NCBI GenBank assembly: GCA_028711795.1
Contig: JAQTRN010000001.1
Coordinates: 14,080 to 40,493 of the forward strand
Length of the DNA stretch: 26,414 nucleotides
Reading direction: 5' to 3'
Source of the DNA: Dehalococcoidales bacterium
Lineage (GTDB): Bacteria > Chloroflexota > Dehalococcoidia > Dehalococcoidales > JAQTRN01
Position 1 is the stretch's first letter; every line of letters begins with the position of its first letter. Positions 7,023 to 14,124 of this stretch are shown piece after piece. The notes below the pieces were generated by a model that made no database searches, had not been told where the DNA came from, and was given only the letters and a program-made list of their open reading frames with translations. A program made the translations under genes and the position numbers.

Positions 7023-7243
7023 GCGATTGCGTGCATTATTGGATTATAACCGAAGTAGATGACAAAGAAGTGGGGAAGTGTAAGAAGTGCGGGGCGGAGA
7101 AAGTCTTTCGGCATATTGACTTGCCGATTAAAAAGCGGCTGGCTAAATCGTTTGAGAACCCCAACCCCATCAGGCATTCTAGTAGCTATTTATATGAGCC
7201 GGGGAATTCCTGGGACAATATAATAGCGACATTGGAGCGGTAA
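7019..7243 (+). CDS. Small zinc-finger protein (CxHYW...CKKCG)
   Basis: ATGA overlap upstream and TAATG overlap downstream; Cys/His motif. Confidence 0.65.
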   Translation: MSDCVHYWIITEVDDKEVGKCKKCGAEKVFRHIDLPIKKRLAKSFENPNPIRHSSSYLYEPGNSWDNIIATLER

Positions 7244-7845
7244 TGACGTTTTCTGGCGATTTTGACGCCCTTATCGACCCTATCCTGATAGCCTTCCGGC
7301 GGCAGATTAGATTAAACATCGCTTCCCACCTTGTCAGGGCGTATCTCCAGGCTGATGCCCAGATGGTGAGCTGGGGCAGGACGAAACTGGGTTTGCCTAT
7401 CCTGTACGAAGGCCCGCCGATTCAGAGGGCGATAGACTGGGCTCAAGACCACTGTGCCAAATTAGTCACCAAGATGGACGAGGAAACCAAAACAAGGTTA
7501 GCCAAAGTCATTTCAGACGGGATTAATAACAAGAGAGGGATTGACGGGCTGACCAGGGACATCCGCAAGGAATTTGCTGATATGAGCCGGACGAGGGCGG
7601 AGTTAATCGCCAAAACCGAAACCCGTCAGGCTCTTACCCATGCCGCACAGGAGCGAATGGAAGATTTGGGCGTCACGGGTAAAGAATGGGTATTGGGGAG
7701 TGGTGGCGAGGGTGGGAACTGTGACGACTGCCGTCGCAACGCTTCGGTGGGGGTTATCCCCGTGACAAGTGATTTTCCTATACCACAGGACGAAATTCAC
7801 CCAGGTTGTACTTGTGCCGTAGCCCCGGCGATGCTGCCGAGATAA
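7243..7845 (+). CDS. MuF / SPP1 gp7-like head morphogenesis (minor head) protein
   Basis: RAELIAKTET, KEW, CDDC and HPGCTC motifs; located after the portal; no C-terminal toxin extension. Confidence 0.88.
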   Translation: MTFSGDFDALIDPILIAFRRQIRLNIASHLVRAYLQADAQMVSWGRTKLGLPILYEGPPIQRAIDWAQDHCAKLVTKMDEETKTRLAKVISDGINNKRGIDGLTRDIRKEFADMSRTRAELIAKTETRQALTHAAQERMEDLGVTGKEWVLGSGGEGGNCDDCRRNASVGVIPVTSDFPIPQDEIHPGCTCAVAPAMLPR

Positions 7846-7863
7846 CAAGAGAGTTAATTAACC

Positions 7864-7888
7864 GAGCCTCCGTAAGGGGGCTTTTTTT
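7864..7888 (+). terminator. Rho-independent terminator-like hairpin
   Basis: GAGCCTCC GTAA GGGGGCT followed by a T run. Confidence 0.75.
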
Positions 7889-7923
7889 GTTATCCGATTT
7901 AATAGCCCTTTTTGGAGGTAAAA

Positions 7924-9570
7924 ATGCCTTACACCGTAGATACCCCACCGGAAGCAGTCAAAGGACTTCCCGAGCACGCCATTGAAATATTTGTCGCCGC
8001 CTATAACTCGGCTTTTAAGCAGTACGAGGGGGACGAGGCCAAGAGCGCATCAGTGGGTTGGGCCGCCGTCAAAACCAAGTTTGAGAAGAAGGACGACAAG
8101 TGGGTGGCGAAGGAATCCCTTAACATCCTGGCCGAAATCATCCAGGAAGCCGGGAGACGGGGCAAGGTAAACGACCCGAAGGTGCAGAATGTTATCTCAA
8201 ACCCCGATGATGCCGAAGCCGCCTCCGTCCTGTCCTGGCTGAAAGAGCAGAAGCTTGTCAAGGTAGAGGACGGGCAGAACTATCTGTCAGAAGCCTTCGC
8301 CTTCGCCCCTTCCGACAATCCTATCGACTGGAAGTTAAGGTTGTGGGAGGACCCGGAGAAGAAGGTTACCAAGCACCAACTTGATAAAGCGGCAGCTTAC
8401 CTTTCACCCGGGGGGTACAAGGGGCAGAAGGTGGAAATCGCCAAAGAGCCCCTTCCCTCTGTGAAAAGGAAAATCCGGGCTGAATACCGGATGCTCGGCG
8501 TTGAAGAGGACGACATCCCGAAATGGGTGAAAGAAACCGAGTCCCGTACCATCGTTGGCGACTACATTCCTCTCACCGAGGCGAAGGTATCCGGTAAGGG
8601 AACGGCGTTAATCACCGTTATCAAGCCCGGATTTAACGCCACTAAAGAGAGATACTACCCGGCTGATATGCTGGCCAGGGATTACAAGGTGTTCGAGGGC
8701 GTGAAGATGTATGCCGACCACCCTTCTGAATCAGACGAAAAGAATCGCCCCGAAAGGTCTATCAAGGACTGGGTGGCCACTCTTCAGAACGTCCGGCCGG
8801 ATACTACAGGGGCAATCGTTGGTGAGGCCGTTGTGGTCGAACCCTGGATGAAGGAAAAACTGTCCACCTTACGGGATAAGAACCTGCTCGGTGAGATGGG
8901 CGTATCCATCAACGCCATTGGGACGGCAACAAAGGCCGAAATCGAGGGAACGAAGACGAACTATATCGAGAAGATAGCCCGGGCCCGCTCGGTGGACTTC
9001 GTGACTGAGGCGGGAGCCGGTGGGGGAATACAGCTATACGAATCAGTAAACGAGTTGGATGTTGACCTGGTTGGGGTTGAAGTTCTCAAAGAACGGAGGC
9101 CCGACCTGGTGAAGCAAATAGAATCCGCCGTTAGAGCGGAAGTACAGATGGAGGTCAAGCGAAAAATGGAGCTTGAAGAGAAGAACAAAGAACTGGAAAC
9201 CACCATTACCACCCTGACGGCGGAACTCACCGACCTGAAGGGCAAAATCACCGAAGCAGAGAAGGCGCAGAAGGTAGCCGAAGCCAAGTCCAAGATTGAC
9301 GAGGCCGTAAGCAAGTCCGAACTGCCCGATGCTGCGAAGGCGAAGCTGCTCGAACGGTTCAAGGGCGCCGAGACCGCCGAGGGGATCGCCGAGGCCATCA
9401 CGTCCGAGACCGCCTACATCGCCGCCCTGAAGGAAACCGGCAAGGTCAAGAACCTGGGCGGCAGCGTACCAGACCCGAAGGCCGACGCTGACGCCCTGAA
9501 AGTGAGCTTCAAGAGGATGCACCCCGACTGGAGCGACCGACAAATTGAGATTGCCGTCGCCGGGAGGTAG
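7924..9570 (+). CDS. ChaB-domain / prohead protease / scaffold fusion protein
   Basis: Start moved to ATG 7924 (GGAGGT). N-terminal ChaB-like MPY..P..V..LPEHA..IF..AYNSA..Y...A...W.AVK; protease motifs YADHP, GVSINA and SVDFVTEAGAGG; C-terminal coiled coil. Confidence 0.85.
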   Translation: MPYTVDTPPEAVKGLPEHAIEIFVAAYNSAFKQYEGDEAKSASVGWAAVKTKFEKKDDKWVAKESLNILAEIIQEAGRRGKVNDPKVQNVISNPDDAEAASVLSWLKEQKLVKVEDGQNYLSEAFAFAPSDNPIDWKLRLWEDPEKKVTKHQLDKAAAYLSPGGYKGQKVEIAKEPLPSVKRKIRAEYRMLGVEEDDIPKWVKETESRTIVGDYIPLTEAKVSGKGTALITVIKPGFNATKERYYPADMLARDYKVFEGVKMYADHPSESDEKNRPERSIKDWVATLQNVRPDTTGAIVGEAVVVEPWMKEKLSTLRDKNLLGEMGVSINAIGTATKAEIEGTKTNYIEKIARARSVDFVTEAGAGGGIQLYESVNELDVDLVGVEVLKERRPDLVKQIESAVRAEVQMEVKRKMELEEKNKELETTITTLTAELTDLKGKITEAEKAQKVAEAKSKIDEAVSKSELPDAAKAKLLERFKGAETAEGIAEAITSETAYIAALKETGKVKNLGGSVPDPKADADALKVSFKRMHPDWSDRQIEIAVAGR

Positions 9571-9573
9571 AAA

Positions 9574-9729
9574 ATGCACATCCTGGAACAGAAAAGCACC
9601 AAGCAAAGGATTGCCTTCGCTCTCAAGTGCAAAGTTGAGGAAGTCCCTGACACCCCGGAGAAAATCAAAGCAGCTCTTGAAAAGCGCCGGGGCGAACTGA
9701 AGGTGGCCAAGGCGGTGAAACATGGCTAA
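9574..9729 (+). CDS. 51-aa basic protein missing from the ORF track
   Basis: RBS GGGAGGT at 9562-9568; MHILEQKSTKQRIAFALKCKVEEVPDHPEKIKAALEKRRGELKVAKAVKHG; overlaps the next start. Confidence 0.6.
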   Translation: MHILEQKSTKQRIAFALKCKVEEVPDTPEKIKAALEKRRGELKVAKAVKHG

Positions 9730-10192
9730 TCCGTATACCAACCCTTACGAAGAGGTTGCCGGCCGCCAGGTTTCCTCTACGTCCGAAGGCCGCCACATCA
9801 ATATCGAGGAATCAAGCCTGATTCACCCCACGCACCCTGATGGTTTGGTTGATAAGGGCGACCCTGTCGCCTTCTTCGACGGCGTAGGGGTGGCTCTGAA
9901 ATCGGCGGAATCAGCAACCGAGTCCATCCCCATCGAAACCGAAGGCGTCTGGAGACTATCGGTCACCAACACCGGAGTCAACACCTTCGGGAACATCGTC
10001 GTCGGCCAGGTCCTCTACATTGACGCCTCGGGCGTCGTTTACGACGAGTGGAGCACATCCTACGCCGTTTTTGGCTACGCCCTTGAGCCGATTGCCGACC
10101 CTGGGGTAGGAGACCCTATCACCCAGGTAATCGCCGTCAAGGTTCACTGGCAGTGGCCATTTTGGTATTACACCACCGACATAGAGGCTTAA
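9722..10192 (+). CDS. Capsid cement/decoration protein, DUF2190-like, paralog 1
   Basis: KGDPV..GVGVA..A.....TEGVW...GQVLYI...FGYA...IAVKV pattern; between scaffold and capsid genes. Confidence 0.8.
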   Translation: MANPYTNPYEEVAGRQVSSTSEGRHINIEESSLIHPTHPDGLVDKGDPVAFFDGVGVALKSAESATESIPIETEGVWRLSVTNTGVNTFGNIVVGQVLYIDASGVVYDEWSTSYAVFGYALEPIADPGVGDPITQVIAVKVHWQWPFWYYTTDIEA

Positions 10193-10207
10193 AACAAGGG
10201 GCAGTTA

Positions 10208-10702
10208 ATGGTTGATTTTTGGAATCAGGAAGCTGAAGTTGCCGCGAATCCGTACCTGAACGCATACGCGCTTGCCGGCGAGGAAATCAGTTCAACCTAC
10301 GAAGGCAGGCACGTATTGATACAGGAGGTTGTGCTAGTCCATGCCGACCCAGGCGACGGGCTGGTTGACAAAGGTCAGCCGGTAGCCTTCTGGGAGGGCG
10401 TCGGAATAGCACTACAGTCTGCGCAATCAACAGCCGACAATATCCCCGTAGATACTGAGGGGATATGGCGGGTATCGGTAGTGGCAACGGCATCCATCAA
10501 AATCGGCCAGTCACTTTTCATTAACACTTCGGGAGTCGTTACGGACGACCCGACAAACGCTATGGCCGTATTCGGGTATGCGCTACAGACAATTACGGTA
10601 GCAGACGGCCCGGACACGGAAATCATAGCGGTCAAAGTCCACTGGATGAGCCTTAACTGGTTGTGGTTATTCTGGTGGCTCATCTATGGCCAAGAACCAT
10701 AA
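10208..10702 (+). CDS. Capsid cement/decoration protein, DUF2190-like, paralog 2
   Basis: Shares SSTYEGRH, DGLVDKG, DTEGIW, FGYAL and AVKVH with paralogs 1 and 3; Trp-rich tail. Confidence 0.8.
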   Translation: MVDFWNQEAEVAANPYLNAYALAGEEISSTYEGRHVLIQEVVLVHADPGDGLVDKGQPVAFWEGVGIALQSAQSTADNIPVDTEGIWRVSVVATASIKIGQSLFINTSGVVTDDPTNAMAVFGYALQTITVADGPDTEIIAVKVHWMSLNWLWLFWWLIYGQEP

Positions 10703-10720
10703 AAATTAGGAGGTAAAACA

Positions 10721-11719
10721 ATGCCTGCATTGTATCTGGCAACTGGCAAAACCGCTGGGGAGGAAATCTCCAGCACCTATGAAGGTCGGCACATTACTGT
10801 TGAGGAGTCCTACCTTGCCCACGCCTACCACGCCGATGGCCTGGTTGACAAGGGAGACCCCTGCATCATCGGAGAGAACATCGTCGGCGTAGCGTTGAAC
10901 AGCGCGACCGCCGCAACCGACCTCATCACCCTGGACACGGAGGGTATCTGGTTTCTAAACGTCGTGGGTTCCGTTTCCGACGGCACCAGCGACGGTATCG
11001 CCAAAGCCCTCGTCCCGGGCGATGTGGTCTACATCGAGCAGACCCCCGGCGCCGGCGTCAACCTGTCCGGTGAGTCAGACCCGAACCGCTTTAAGCAGTT
11101 CGGCTATCTGCTCGGCAATGTATCCGCTCACGTGACCACCGCAACCCTCGTGGCCGTCAAGGTTCACGGTGAGGGAGTCCCAAACAACGGGGTTTTGAAC
11201 TTCGGTAGTGGGAGCACTGCCGGGTTCAACTTCCCGCTTGAGGGTGATGTCGCACTCAGGAACAGCGTGCTTATCCGGGCAACCATTGAGCCGGCCACCA
11301 TTCTACTGGCTGGCGAGCAGCTTCACGGCTTCAACATCCGGATTGTTGATAATGCCATCAGCACCGGCGGCGAAATCACAGCCGGCGAACTGAAAGCCGT
11401 CCGCGACGAGGCCACCGACGCTACTGTTTCCTCGGCCACCGCCCTGAAACTGAACGTCGATAACAAAAACGGCGGTGTCGCCCCCTTCCTGCGTGCCCTG
11501 GACATTATGATTGAGGGTGCTCCGGGCACGACCCCTGCCAAGCGCTCCGGCATCCACTTCAATTCTTCCGGTACTGCCGGCACGCTCGAAGCCCTCATCG
11601 AGCTTGAGGCCTTCACTGTCCTCGGAGGCGTGGCCTCGGACACCCTGAACACCCCGTCCGGCACCATCGCCGTCAACGTGGCCGGGGTAATCCACTACAT
11701 CCAGCTCTACAGCACTTAG
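10721..11719 (+). CDS. Capsid cement protein, DUF2190-like, paralog 3, with about 180-aa beta-rich spike/fibre extension
   Basis: Same core motifs up to AVKVH, then a Gly/Ala/Thr-rich extension ending TPSGTIAVNVAGVIHYIQLYST; RBS AGGAGGT. Confidence 0.8.
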   Translation: MPALYLATGKTAGEEISSTYEGRHITVEESYLAHAYHADGLVDKGDPCIIGENIVGVALNSATAATDLITLDTEGIWFLNVVGSVSDGTSDGIAKALVPGDVVYIEQTPGAGVNLSGESDPNRFKQFGYLLGNVSAHVTTATLVAVKVHGEGVPNNGVLNFGSGSTAGFNFPLEGDVALRNSVLIRATIEPATILLAGEQLHGFNIRIVDNAISTGGEITAGELKAVRDEATDATVSSATALKLNVDNKNGGVAPFLRALDIMIEGAPGTTPAKRSGIHFNSSGTAGTLEALIELEAFTVLGGVASDTLNTPSGTIAVNVAGVIHYIQLYST

Positions 11720-11727
11720 GAGGCTAA

Positions 11728-11973
11728 ATGCTGAAAGATTCAGTCAGCACTCGACAATCGCAATATACCGTCCAGATAGGGAAGCTGGCGTACGAACGAC
11801 TGCAACTTATGAGACGAGTGGATGAGATTGACAAGCTCATTTCACAACTCGAAGGGGCGCAGTCCGAAAATACCCAGTCCCTGAAGGACATCCAGACCCA
11901 GGAAGCCATCGACAAGGCCCAGAAAGAGGCCGCTGAAAAGAAAGCGGCTGACGCAGAGCAACCAAAAAATTAA
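11728..11973 (+). CDS. Small coiled-coil protein, possible fibre assembly chaperone
   Basis: RBS GGAGG; heptad pattern; directly follows the extended cement gene. Confidence 0.6.
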   Translation: MLKDSVSTRQSQYTVQIGKLAYERLQLMRRVDEIDKLISQLEGAQSENTQSLKDIQTQEAIDKAQKEAAEKKAADAEQPKN

Positions 11974-11986
11974 CGGAGGTAATCAA

Positions 11987-13135
11987 ATGCCTGACTTTAT
12001 GAAACTGATGGAGGACTGGAGGGGATATGTATCCCTTTCAGAAGTCAATAAACCGGAGGGCTATGAGGCCCGGCTCAAGGAAACCATTGACCTGCTAACC
12101 AACGCAAAGGGCTTTCCGCAGCACCGTCACGAGTACCTGCTCCGTGAAGCCCTGACCACTTCCGACTTCCCCTACCTGTTCGGCGACGTGCTGGACAGAC
12201 AGGTGCTGGCCAACTATAAGGCCACCGACCCCGTCTGGAAACAGTTCGTCCGCATGGGGACAGTCCCCCGCATCTACCCCCAGGTGGGTGGTTACCGCTT
12301 CGCCATTACCGGCGGAGACCAGCACCTTGACCTGGTAGCGGAAAAAGGTGAGTACCTTGCTTCCGACCGGAACGAGCTGCGCGACATCATCTACGTCCGG
12401 AAATATGGCCGCCAGTTCGACATTTCCTGGGAGGCCATCATCAACGACGACCTCGGCGCCCTACAGGACACCCCGGTCCGGTTTGCCACGGCAGCCGTGA
12501 GAACCGAGCACCGGCTGGTATCCACCACCTACGTCAACGACCTCGGTACTCATGCTGGCGGGAACCTGTACCAGAACGCCATCAACGAGGACGTGCTCCC
12601 CCTGACCATCGCCAACCTGGAGAACACCATCGAGGCCATGCAGGGGCCGCTGTTTGTGGACGTGAACGGCGAACCCATCCAGAACCGGCCGAAGTTCCTG
12701 GTCGTCGGCCCTGCCCTTGAATTCACCGCCCGCCAGATTCTCACCAGCACGATGAAGATGTGGACGTACGGCGGAGACGATGAAGCGGCAGCCGTTCCCT
12801 ACCCGATGAGCAACGTCATCAGCCAGTACGGGCTTGTCCTCGTGATTGACCCGTACATCCCAATTCTGGACGCTTCCTACCCCGGGAGTTGGTATCTGTT
12901 CAGCGACCCGAAGGACATCGCTGCACTGGAATGCGACTTCCTGGCCGGACACGAGAGACCGGAAATCTGCATGAAGGCCAGCGACAAGGTAAGCGTTGGC
13001 GGAGGCGAGCTCGGGCCCATGTCCGGCGACTTCGCTACCGACAACGTGTTCTACCGCGTGCGTGAGGTTTTCGGCTGCAACAAGCTGGTCGCGACCGGCG
13101 GGTGGAGAGCCACCTATATGCAGCGCCATGCCTAG
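11987..13135 (+). CDS. Major capsid protein (HK97 fold, Mu gpT-like)
   Basis: TTSDFPYLF, YGRQFDISWEAIINDDLGAL and PKFLVVGPALEFTA motifs; strong RBS GGAGGT; GC3-rich codons. Confidence 0.92.
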   Translation: MPDFMKLMEDWRGYVSLSEVNKPEGYEARLKETIDLLTNAKGFPQHRHEYLLREALTTSDFPYLFGDVLDRQVLANYKATDPVWKQFVRMGTVPRIYPQVGGYRFAITGGDQHLDLVAEKGEYLASDRNELRDIIYVRKYGRQFDISWEAIINDDLGALQDTPVRFATAAVRTEHRLVSTTYVNDLGTHAGGNLYQNAINEDVLPLTIANLENTIEAMQGPLFVDVNGEPIQNRPKFLVVGPALEFTARQILTSTMKMWTYGGDDEAAAVPYPMSNVISQYGLVLVIDPYIPILDASYPGSWYLFSDPKDIAALECDFLAGHERPEICMKASDKVSVGGGELGPMSGDFATDNVFYRVREVFGCNKLVATGGWRATYMQRHA

Positions 13136-13172
13136 AAGTAATCAGGAGGGGCGGGCGCATAACCCGCCCCTC
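13133..13172 (+). repeat. Gene-end element copy 1 (AAGTAATCAGGAGGGGCGGGC hairpin)
   Basis: GAGGGGCGGG/CCCGCCCCTC stem with no T tract; near-identical copy at 14072-14112. Confidence 0.6.
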
Positions 13173-13192
13173 TCCCCTTCAGGAGGATTCAA

Positions 13193-13498
13193 ATGCCAAA
13201 TTCAATAATTGACTTCCCCTTTGAATATAAGCACATCACGGGAGACACACAGGTAAGCGCTCATCCAGGCGTGTTGCATACGGTAACCATCAACGGCCCC
13301 TCGACAACGGCGGGCGTGCTCACTCTTTACGACAGCCTGACGGAAACGGGGACGGTAATCGCTGCTATCACTATCGGCAAAAAGGACGAATCCCAGGGGA
13401 TATCGTGCCTGATATTTGACGTGGCATTTACGACCGGACTGTATGCCGGATTTGACGGCACGCTGGCCGGTGCGGATATCACCATCAGCTACAAGTAA
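13193..13498 (+). CDS. Small beta-rich virion (head/neck) protein
   Basis: RBS AGGAGG; 101 aa predicted all-beta; directly after the capsid gene. Confidence 0.65.
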   Translation: MPNSIIDFPFEYKHITGDTQVSAHPGVLHTVTINGPSTTAGVLTLYDSLTETGTVIAAITIGKKDESQGISCLIFDVAFTTGLYAGFDGTLAGADITISYK

Positions 13499-13510
13499 TC
13501 GGAGGTAACG

Positions 13511-14074
13511 ATGGAAGCGAATCTTCTCTTAAACCCGAAGGGAATCAGGTCCGGGGCCAAGCTCAGAGGCCACTGGGACATCGAGGTTTACAAGGACAAG
13601 GCGCCCTTTGAGCGGGGGGATAAGCCCATCTCGAAATCAGAGTGCGACAACATCATCACGGACGAGGGGCTGGACAGAATCCTGGACGTGATGCTGCACG
13701 GCACAACCCAGACGGCCACCTGGTACTGTGAGCTGTTCGAGTCCAACACCACCCCGGACGGCTCGGAGACCTACGATGTGCCGGTCTATACCCCCTGCAC
13801 GGCGTACGACGAGGCCACGCGCCCCGCTTACAATGAGGCGGCCTCGTCCAGTCAGTCCGTCACTAACTCGGCTAACAAGGCGGTGTTCACGATGAACGAT
13901 ACCAAGACGCTCTACGGGGCTTCATTGGTAAGCGTTAACACCAAAGGCGACCACACCGGAGGGGCTAACAACGTCCTCTTCTGTGCAGGCAAGTTCGCCG
14001 TTGCCCAGCCTGTCATCTCCGGGAACGTGGTAAACCTTAGTTATACCGTCACGGCTGCGGATGACGGTGCATAG
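13511..14074 (+). CDS. Virion structural protein, putative fibre anchor/adaptor
   Basis: RBS GGAGGT; KLRGHW...NIITDEG.D.ILD...WYC...TTP pattern shared with 25169..25642. Confidence 0.6.
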   Translation: MEANLLLNPKGIRSGAKLRGHWDIEVYKDKAPFERGDKPISKSECDNIITDEGLDRILDVMLHGTTQTATWYCELFESNTTPDGSETYDVPVYTPCTAYDEATRPAYNEAASSSQSVTNSANKAVFTMNDTKTLYGASLVSVNTKGDHTGGANNVLFCAGKFAVAQPVISGNVVNLSYTVTAADDGA

Positions 14075-14112
14075 CAAGTAATTCAGGGGGCGGGCTAACT
14101 ACCCGCCCCCCC
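14072..14112 (+). repeat. Gene-end element copy 2
   Basis: TAGCAAGTAATTCAGGGGGCGGGCTAACTACCCGCCCCCC aligns with 13133-13172. Confidence 0.6.
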
Positions 14113-14124
14113 ACTTGAAAAACG

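Noticed and set aside
7243-7845. MuF polymorphic toxin
   Set aside because: The protein ends just after HPGCTC with no C-terminal toxin domain, and no immunity-like gene follows.
9043-9741. 232-aa reverse-strand ORF, and similar long antisense ORFs at 4265..4768, 8961..9401, 11303..11695, 12461..13129 and 19861..20346
   Set aside because: They lie opposite well-supported genes, lack RBSs and recognisable motifs, and are expected shadows of GC3-rich codon usage.
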